Assembly (NCBI RefSeq): GCF_042660085.1
Contig: NZ_JBHSTI010000002.1
Span: 240,001-272,000 of the forward strand
Length of the DNA: 32,000 bases
Source: Longivirga aurantiaca
GTDB lineage: Bacteria; Actinomycetota; Actinomycetes; S36-B12; CAIYMF01
Direction of reading: 5' to 3'
Shown: positions 25,400 through 32,000 of the stretch, piece after piece
Position numbering within the stretch: the stretch's first letter is position 1
Layout: every line of letters starts with the position of its first letter
Notes under the pieces: generated by a model
The model's input: only the letters and a program-made list of their open reading frames with translations
Told to the model about the DNA's origin: nothing
Databases searched by the model: none
Program-made: the position numbers and the translations under genes

Positions 25400-26332
25400 C
25401 TAGGTCTCGAAGCGGTCGATGGCCACGACCCGCCCGCCGGCGTCGCGGTGCACCACGATGCCGCTGCCGGGGGTCATGCGGGGGTTGAGCCTGCTCGGCA
25501 GCTTGCCGTTGTCGAGCCTCAGCCCGAGCGCGTCGGCGACCGCCCCCAGTACCACGCCCATGACGGGACGATGGGTGCACCAGACGGCGGGGACGTCGAG
25601 CGCCAGGAGGTCGGTGACCACGGACGCCGCCGCGGCCGGGTCCTCGCGGCAGCCCTCCTCGCTCAGCTCGGGCTGCAGCCGGACCTGGCCGCCGAGGTAC
25701 TCGGCGTACGGCGCCACGGTGTCGCGGCACCGGCGCGACGACGACGAGACGACCAGCACCGGCGCGTAGGCCGCCAGCACGGCCGCGAGGCGCACTGCCT
25801 GCTCCACGCCGTACGGGTTGAGCGTGCGTTCGCTGTCGACCGCGGCGAGGGGGTCTCCCGATGCCTTCCAGACCGCCCGCTTGGTGGCCCGCGCGTGCCG
25901 CAGGACGATCGTCGGGAACGAGTCGGGCAGGGCCAGGGCGACGTCGACGAGCTCGCGGTCGTCGCGGTAGGTGAGGAGGTCGTGCGCCGCGTCGCGCCCG
26001 AGCCAGCGCAGCTCGTCGATCTCGGACGCAGGGTTGAGCGGGAACTCCTGCAGGACCGTCGCCCGCCAGTAGCGCACGCGCTTGGGGACGCCGGCCACCT
26101 CGTACTTCCGGCTGCCGAGCGAAGGGCCGAGGGCGCACCGGACGCCGGTCTCCTCGAACGTCTCGCGCACCGCCGCGACGTCGTGCCGCTCGCCGTCGTC
26201 GAGCTTGCCCTTGGGCAGGGACCAGTCCGATCGGTGCGGCCGGTGCACGACGGCGACCTCGGGGGCGTCGCCGCCGTGCCGCACCAGCACGACGCCGGCT
26301 GCCTCGACGCGGTTGGGCTTCGCCTTCGCCAC
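25400..26332 (-). CDS. NUDIX hydrolase with C-terminal histidine phosphatase domain (MutT1-like)
   Basis: Nudix box GKLDDGERHDVAAVRETFEETG; VVLRHARATKR (RHG-like) and CTHRPVMGVVLGAVADAL. Confidence 0.88.
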   Translation of the reverse strand: MAKAKPNRVEAAGVVLVRHGGDAPEVAVVHRPHRSDWSLPKGKLDDGERHDVAAVRETFEETGVRCALGPSLGSRKYEVAGVPKRVRYWRATVLQEFPLNPASEIDELRWLGRDAAHDLLTYRDDRELVDVALALPDSFPTIVLRHARATKRAVWKASGDPLAAVDSERTLNPYGVEQAVRLAAVLAAYAPVLVVSSSSRRCRDTVAPYAEYLGGQVRLQPELSEEGCREDPAAAASVVTDLLALDVPAVWCTHRPVMGVVLGAVADALGLRLDNGKLPSRLNPRMTPGSGIVVHRDAGGRVVAIDRFET

Positions 26333-26336
26333 GCGG

Positions 26337-27332
26337 TCAGCCCCCCAGCGACCGTCGGAGGTCGCGGTGGCGGCGCCGGCTCGCGGCCCAGCCGTCCCGT
26401 GCCTCGGTCTGCGCCACCAGCTCGCGGTCGTGCGTCGAGGCGACGAACATGCCGCAGGTGAAGGCCTCCCCGGCCGACAGCGGCGCCGCGGGGTCGGCGA
26501 TGCGCGCGAGGACCAGCTCGCGCTGGACCACGGCGTCCTGCGCGGCTCCGAGCGGCTCGGTCACGTCGATCCAGAGCCTCGCGAGCTCCTGGGCGGGACG
26601 TCCGAGGGGTCCGATGCCGACCTCGGCCGCGTAGCGCGCCCGCTTTGCGGCGATGCGGGCGAGGTGCCAGGAGTCGGCGGGAGTCCGCTCGTCGAGGCTC
26701 TCGAACCGCGCGGCCGCCCGACGGTCGGCCTCGAGCACCCGCGGTGCGAGGACCTTGTGCGCGGGCTTGCGCGCCTTCGCGGTGAACAGGGGCTCGCGGG
26801 CGGTGCGCACGAGGTCGCGCCGCAGGGCCGAGGCACGGGCGGAGCGGACGTCGACGAGCGCGGCCGCGTGGCTGCCGGCACGGCGGGCCTGCAGCCACGG
26901 GACCACGGCGCCGGCCAGGGCCTCGAAGTCGGTGGCGGCGTCGTACTCCACGGGCCGAGTGGTGCCGGAGTCCGCGGCCAGCGACGTGAGGAGGCCGCCG
27001 AACACCTCGAGGTCGCGGGACGGCGACAGCAGGCCGGCGTACCAGCCGAGCTCTGCGCGCAGGCGCGTGGACGTGCCGCCCTGGAGCAGGTCGCCGTACA
27101 CCTTGAGGCCGGAGCGCAGCCGACGGGCCGAGACCCGCGCCTGGTGCACGGCCTCCTCGAGGTCGTCGTCGAGGCCTGCATCGGCGCGCAGCAGCGCACC
27201 GACGTGCTGGCGCAGGTGCGCCAGAACCGCCACACCGGCCGTGGAATGCGGGCCGACGGGCACGGGCGGCGGCAGGACGAGATCAGGGTCCGGCCGCACC
27301 CCTGCCCCCTGCCCCGTCGCCTCGTCGGTCAC
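26337..27332 (-). CDS. CHAD domain-containing protein
   Basis: [22 protein letters not shown]...[18 protein letters not shown]...[17 protein letters not shown]; overlaps the ppk stop. Confidence 0.88.
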   Translation of the reverse strand: MTDEATGQGAGVRPDPDLVLPPPVPVGPHSTAGVAVLAHLRQHVGALLRADAGLDDDLEEAVHQARVSARRLRSGLKVYGDLLQGGTSTRLRAELGWYAGLLSPSRDLEVFGGLLTSLAADSGTTRPVEYDAATDFEALAGAVVPWLQARRAGSHAAALVDVRSARASALRRDLVRTAREPLFTAKARKPAHKVLAPRVLEADRRAAARFESLDERTPADSWHLARIAAKRARYAAEVGIGPLGRPAQELARLWIDVTEPLGAAQDAVVQRELVLARIADPAAPLSAGEAFTCGMFVASTHDRELVAQTEARDGWAASRRRHRDLRRSLGG

Positions 27333-29452
27333 GAGACGGCGCTCGACCGCCGGCTCTGGCGCGCGATCAGCGCGCTCTGGACGTCGACCAGCGGGGCGCC
27401 GTCGAGCCCGGTCGAGACCCTGGTCCACGTCCCGTCCGGGCCGAGGTGCCAGGTGCTCGTGCCCTCGTCGAACGCGAGGTCGAGCAGCGTCCCGAGGCCG
27501 GCCACGTGCTTCGGGCTGCCGAGGCGGACGAGCACCTCGATCCGGCGGTCGAGGTTGCGGTGCATGAGGTCGGCGGAGCCGATCCACACCTCCGGCTCGC
27601 CGCCGTTCTCGAAGCGGTAGATCCGCGAGTGCTCGAGGAACCGACCGAGGACGCTGCGGACGCGGATGTTGTCGGACATGCCGGGGACGCCCGGGCGCAG
27701 CGCGCAGATACCGCGCACCCACACGTCGACGGACACCCCGGCCTGGGACGCGCGGTAGAGCGCATCGATCGTGGCCTCGTCGACGATCGAGTTGCACTTG
27801 AACGTGATATGCGCCGGGCGCCCTTCGCGGTGGTGCTCGACCTCGCGCTCGATCCGCTCGACCAGGCCCGACCGCACCGAGTGCGGCGCTACGAGGAGCC
27901 GGCGGTACTCCGTCTCCATCGAGTAGCCCGAGAGCACGTTGAACAGGCGCGCGACGTCCTCGCCCACCTCGGGGTCGGTGGTGAGCAGACCGACGTCCTC
28001 GTAGAGCCGGGCCGTCTTCGGGTGGTAGTTGCCCGTGCCGATGTGGAGGTAGCGCCGGAGCTTGTCGCCGTCGTCGCGCACGACCATGGAGAGCTTGCAG
28101 TGCGTCTTGAGCCCGACCAGGCCGTAGACGACGTGGCAGCCCGCCTGCTCGAGCTTGCGGGCCCAGTCGATGTTGGCCTGCTCGTCGAAGCGCGCCTTGA
28201 TCTCGACGATCGCGAGGACCTGCTTGCCCTCCTCGGCCGCCGCCACCAGGGCGTCGACGATCGGCGAGTCGCCGCTCGTCCGGTAGAGCGTCTGCTTGAT
28301 CGCGAGGACCTTCGGGTCGGTCGCGGCCTGCTCGAGGAAGCGCTGCACGCTCGTCGAGAACGCGTCGTACGGGTGGTGCAGCAGGACGTCGTGGTCGCGC
28401 ATCGACTCGAGGACGTCGGGCGCCGACGCAGTGTCGACGTCGGTGAGCTCACGGCTCGTCCGCGGGAGGAACGCCGGCAGCTTGAGATCGTCGCGCGGCA
28501 GCCGGTCGACGGCCCAGAGTGCCGTGAGGTCGAGGAGCCCGGGGATCCGGACGACCTCCTCGCTGCCGATGCCGAGCTCGCGGATCAGGAGGTCGAGGAC
28601 GTGCGGATCGATCGACTGCGTGACCTCGAGCCGGACGGGCGGGCCGAAGCGGCGTCGCATGAGCTCGCGCTCGAGCGCCTGCAGGAGGTTCTCGGCGTCG
28701 TCCTCCTCGACCTCGAGGTCCTCGTTGCGGGTGACGCGGAACGTGTGGTGCTGCAGCACCTCCATGCCCGGGAACAGCTCGCCGAGGTGCGCGGCGATGA
28801 TGTCCTCGAGGGGGACGAAGCGCTGCGGCCCGACGACGACGAAGCGCTCGAGGATCGGCGGCACCTTCACGCGCGCGAACAGCTCGGTGCCGGTCGAGGG
28901 GTTGCGGACGACGACGGCGAGGTTGAGCGAGAGCCCGGAGATGTAGGGGAACGGGTGCGCCGGGTCGACCGCGAGCGGCGTGAGGACCGGGAACACCTTG
29001 TTCTTGAAGAACGACGTGAGCTGGTCGCGCTCGGCCTCGGAGGCCTCGTCCCACCGGAGCACCTCGATGCCCTCGGCCGCGAGCGCGGGCTCGATCTGTC
29101 CGTGGAAGAGCGCCGCCTGGCGCTGCATGAGGTCGGTGCTCTTGGCGTAGATGCCCTCGAGCACCTCGCGGGGCATCGAGCCGCTGGCCGCGCGGACGGC
29201 GATGCCGGTGGCGATGCGCCGCTTCAGACCGGCCACCCGGACCATGAAGAACTCGTCGAGGTTGCTCGCGAAGATGGCGAGGAACTTGGCGCGCTCGAGC
29301 AGCGGGAGCGTCGGGTCCTCGGCAAGCTCGAGCACGCGCTCGTTGAACGCCAGCCACGACAGCTCGCGGTCGAGGAAGCGGTCGTCGGGCAGCGGGGGCG
29401 CCGACGGCTCCTCAGGATGCGGGGACACCTCGGCGGTCAGGGGTGTCGTCAT
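27329..29452 (-). CDS. ppk: RNA degradosome polyphosphate kinase (PPK1)
   Basis: [54 protein letters not shown]; [25 protein letters not shown]; [13 protein letters not shown]; [22 protein letters not shown]. Confidence 0.97.
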   Translation of the reverse strand: MTTPLTAEVSPHPEEPSAPPLPDDRFLDRELSWLAFNERVLELAEDPTLPLLERAKFLAIFASNLDEFFMVRVAGLKRRIATGIAVRAASGSMPREVLEGIYAKSTDLMQRQAALFHGQIEPALAAEGIEVLRWDEASEAERDQLTSFFKNKVFPVLTPLAVDPAHPFPYISGLSLNLAVVVRNPSTGTELFARVKVPPILERFVVVGPQRFVPLEDIIAAHLGELFPGMEVLQHHTFRVTRNEDLEVEEDDAENLLQALERELMRRRFGPPVRLEVTQSIDPHVLDLLIRELGIGSEEVVRIPGLLDLTALWAVDRLPRDDLKLPAFLPRTSRELTDVDTASAPDVLESMRDHDVLLHHPYDAFSTSVQRFLEQAATDPKVLAIKQTLYRTSGDSPIVDALVAAAEEGKQVLAIVEIKARFDEQANIDWARKLEQAGCHVVYGLVGLKTHCKLSMVVRDDGDKLRRYLHIGTGNYHPKTARLYEDVGLLTTDPEVGEDVARLFNVLSGYSMETEYRRLLVAPHSVRSGLVERIEREVEHHREGRPAHITFKCNSIVDEATIDALYRASQAGVSVDVWVRGICALRPGVPGMSDNIRVRSVLGRFLEHSRIYRFENGGEPEVWIGSADLMHRNLDRRIEVLVRLGSPKHVAGLGTLLDLAFDEGTSTWHLGPDGTWTRVSTGLDGAPLVDVQSALIARQSRRSSAVS

Positions 29453-29510
29453 GGGTCAACCTTGCCAGACCCGGGTCGACGAGATCCGCAGAGAGCCGGA
29501 TCGACCCAGG

Positions 29511-30518
29511 TCAGGCGGGCGACGGCCCGGTCGTGAACTCCACGTCGATGTCCCAGCGCGTGAAGCCGAGGCTCTCGTACAGCCGGATCGCGCCCGTGTT
29601 GCTGGCGTCGACGTAGAGCATCGCGTCGGGCAGGCCCTTGCTGCGCAGGTGGGCGAGCCCCGCGAGGGTGAGGGCCCGCCCGAGACCCCGCCCAGTCTGG
29701 TCGGGGGCGACCCCGACGACGTAGACCTCGCCCATCGGCTCGTGCCCGTGGCCGAGCGTGTGCTGGGGGTCGTCGCTGTGGCCGTGGCTGTGGCCGGGCT
29801 CGTGGTCGTGGCCGCCGCCGTGGTGGTGGTCGGCGCCGTGGATCTTCGTCCAGTGAAAGCCCACCATCCGCTCGCCCTGCGGCCCGTCCTCCACCGCGAC
29901 CAGGAAGCCTGCGGCGTCGAACCACGGCTCCCGCATCCGGACGTGCAGGTCCTCGAGCGTCCACCCGCCCTGGTCGGGCAGGTCGACGAACGCCGCGGCG
30001 TTGAGCGCCAGCCACTCGTCGTCGTCCAGGCCGGGGAGGAACGAGCGCAGCCGGACGCCGTCGGGGAGGCTCGCCGCGGGGAGCGCTGCGAACAAGGAGC
30101 GGCGCATCTGCCACAGGACGCGGCTGCGGACGAACCCGAGCGAGGCCGCCAGCGGCGCGGCGCCCCCCTGCTCGCCGTGCGACCAGAGGCGCAGGCGCCC
30201 GTCCGGGCTCTCGTCCAGGAGGTGCTGCACGATGCCGTGCCCGACTCCCTGGCGGCGCGCGTCGGGGGTGACGGCGAGCTCCGCGCTCGACCCCGCGACC
30301 TTGTCGGTGACATCGAGGTGCGCGTAGCCGACGAGGCGGCCCTCGGACCGTGCCAGCACATGCCGGACGTCGACGTCGCCGCCGTACCGGAGGTGCAGCA
30401 TCACGTGCTCGGACAGCGGACGCGTGCCGTCGGACTCGGTGACCTGCTCGACGAGCAAGCCGACCTCACGCACGTCGGTCTCGTCGAGATGCCGGAGCAC
30501 CTCCCACTGCACATCCAC
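29511..30518 (-). CDS. mshD: Mycothiol synthase (two GNAT domains)
   Basis: AVTPDARRQGVGHGIVQHLL and GEVYVVGVAPDQTGRGLGRALTLAGLAHLRSKG; LYVDASNTGAIRLYESLGF; gene order next to glnR. Confidence 0.93.
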   Translation of the reverse strand: MDVQWEVLRHLDETDVREVGLLVEQVTESDGTRPLSEHVMLHLRYGGDVDVRHVLARSEGRLVGYAHLDVTDKVAGSSAELAVTPDARRQGVGHGIVQHLLDESPDGRLRLWSHGEQGGAAPLAASLGFVRSRVLWQMRRSLFAALPAASLPDGVRLRSFLPGLDDDEWLALNAAAFVDLPDQGGWTLEDLHVRMREPWFDAAGFLVAVEDGPQGERMVGFHWTKIHGADHHHGGGHDHEPGHSHGHSDDPQHTLGHGHEPMGEVYVVGVAPDQTGRGLGRALTLAGLAHLRSKGLPDAMLYVDASNTGAIRLYESLGFTRWDIDVEFTTGPSPA

Positions 30519-30573
30519 GCGCCGACCCTACGGGTCGTCCTCGCCCACGGCCCCCGCAGCAGCCCCGGGCGGG

Positions 30574-31299
30574 TCAGCCGACGGGCGCGGGCGACGGCTC
30601 GGGGACGACGCTGACCTCGTCGCGCGGCGGCGCGATCACGAAGCGGTAGCCGACGTTGCGCACGGTGCCGATGACCGACTCGTGCTCCGGGCCGAGCTTG
30701 GCGCGCAGGCGGCGGACGTGGACGTCCACGGTCCGCGTGCCGCCGAAGTAGTCGTAGCCCCAGACCTCCTGCAGCAGCTGGGCGCGGGAGAACACGCGGC
30801 CCGGGTGCTGGGCGAGGAACTTGAGGAGCTCGAACTCCTTGTAGGTGAGGTCGAGGATCCGGCCGCGGACCCGTGCGGTGTACGTGGCCTCGTCGATGGC
30901 GACGTCGCCGCTGCGGATCTCGTCCGGCACGTCGTCGTCGACGGCGCGGGCCAGCCGTCCGATCGAGAGGCGCAGGCGGGCGTCCACCTCGGCGGGACCG
31001 GCGGTCTCGAGCACGACGTCGTCGACGCCCCACTCGGCAGTGACACCGACGAGGCCGCCCTCGGTCGTGATGAGCAGGACGGGCACGTCGACACCGGTCG
31101 TGCGCAGGAGGCGCGTGAAGCTGCGCACCTGGGGCAGGTCGCGGCGGCCGTCGACCAGGATCGCGTCGCACGCAGGAGCGTCGAGCAGGGCGGTCGCCTC
31201 GGCAGGCAGGACGCGCACATGGTGCGACAGGAGGCCGAGCGCGGGGAGCACCTCGGACGAGGGCAGCAGGGCGTTGGTCAGCAGCAGCAACGTGGGCAC
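30574..31299 (-). CDS. glnR: GlnR-type OmpR/PhoB-family response regulator (alternative ATG start at 31314)
   Basis: [40 protein letters not shown], winged helix [55 protein letters not shown]; adjacent to mshD. Confidence 0.88.
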   Translation of the reverse strand: MPTLLLLTNALLPSSEVLPALGLLSHHVRVLPAEATALLDAPACDAILVDGRRDLPQVRSFTRLLRTTGVDVPVLLITTEGGLVGVTAEWGVDDVVLETAGPAEVDARLRLSIGRLARAVDDDVPDEIRSGDVAIDEATYTARVRGRILDLTYKEFELLKFLAQHPGRVFSRAQLLQEVWGYDYFGGTRTVDVHVRRLRAKLGPEHESVIGTVRNVGYRFVIAPPRDEVSVVPEPSPAPVG

Positions 31300-31404
31300 G
31301 CGGCCTCCTCCCATCGGCGCCGGGGTCCGGGTTCTCCGGTCCTCAAAGCGCGTGAGGACCCGTACGGCGTCGTCGCCGGGGTCCTCGTGGGAGAGACTAG
31401 CAAG

Positions 31405-32000
31405 GTGGATCTGCGTCCCTCGTCCCGGCACCCCGTGCACCCGCCCGAGCGGGTCGTCACCCTGCTGACGGCCGACGGCCAGCGCGTGTCCGCGGCGTAC
31501 GACGCGCCCCTGCCCGGAGCGGTGGACGGGCTGACGATCGTGGTGGCCCACGGGTTCACCGGGAGCTGGCGGCGTCCGGACAACCGCGCGATCGCGCAGG
31601 CGCTCTCTGCCCACGCCGCCGTCGTCTCGTACGACGCGCGCGGGCACGGCCGGTCGTCCGGGGCGACGACGCTCGGCGACGACGAGGTGCTCGACCTGGA
31701 CGCCGTGGCGGCGTGGGCGCGCTGGCTCGGCGCGACGTCGGTGGCGACGGTCGGCTTCTCGATGGGCGGCTCGGTGGTGCTCCGGCACGCGGCGCTCACG
31801 GGCCGCTCGACCCGCGAGGGCGCCGACGCCGTCGTGTCGGTGAGCGCTGCGGGCTTCTGGTTCTACAAGGGCACGGCTCCGATGCGGCTCCTGCACACGG
31901 CGGTGGCCTCGCCCGTCGGCCGCGGGATCCTGCGGCACGGGTTCGGCACCCGGGTGACCGCCACCGAGTGGCAGGAGCCGTACCCGCTGTCGCCGTCGGA
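31405..32000 (+). CDS. Alpha/beta hydrolase (3' truncated by the window edge)
   Basis: Open frame to the end of the window: [18 protein letters not shown]...[36 protein letters not shown], nucleophile elbow [10 protein letters not shown]. Confidence 0.85.
   Translation, partial: MDLRPSSRHPVHPPERVVTLLTADGQRVSAAYDAPLPGAVDGLTIVVAHGFTGSWRRPDNRAIAQALSAHAAVVSYDARGHGRSSGATTLGDDEVLDLDAVAAWARWLGATSVATVGFSMGGSVVLRHAALTGRSTREGADAVVSVSAAGFWFYKGTAPMRLLHTAVASPVGRGILRHGFGTRVTATEWQEPYPLSPS

Noticed and set aside
26082-27620. Long plus-strand ORF opposite the MutT1/CHAD genes.
   Set aside because: High-GC shadow ORF: Arg/Ala/His-rich low-complexity translation antisense to clearly recognisable domain proteins.
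27446-29536. 696-aa plus-strand ORF opposite ppk.
   Set aside because: Mirror frame of ppk; Arg/His/Glu-rich composition with no domain motifs.
1-32000. Searches by eye for CRISPR arrays, rRNA, complete tRNAs, prophage or toxin-antitoxin genes.
   Set aside because: No regularly spaced repeats, no RNA-gene signatures and no matching protein motifs were seen.

Overview
High-GC actinobacterial chromosome segment that looks Nocardioidaceae-like (taxonomy is inference). Most of it is ordinary core metabolism: the end of a polyamine uptake/catabolism cluster (PotA-like ATPase, FAD amine oxidase, aldehyde dehydrogenase), a CPBP protease, a PAC2-family protein, two peptidase-S51-like proteins, a TetR/epimerase divergent pair, MFS and EamA transporters, a DEAD-box helicase, glgA/glgC, an SDR, the pstSCAB phosphate operon with a PHO-box-like site, MutT1-like NUDIX/phosphatase, CHAD, ppk, mshD, glnR and a 3'-truncated alpha/beta hydrolase. 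No rRNA, tRNA, CRISPR array, transposase or recognisable defence system was found. The strongest unexplained structure is a pair of ~111-bp near-identical inverted repeats (5803-5913 and 7263-7373) bracketing one MFS transporter gene. Each arm starts 7-10 bp after the stop codon of a neighbouring gene, has short terminal inverted repeats and internal hairpins, and the left arm supplies the MFS stop codon. Other leads are an S51-like domain fused to what looks like a cysteinyl-tRNA-synthetase C-terminal domain, a His-rich insertion in MshD, a 17-bp-arm hairpin between pstS and pstC, a probable leaderless glgC promoter, and perfect 14-bp palindromes on both sides of a tiny membrane-protein gene. 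All family calls come from reading motifs; no database search was run.
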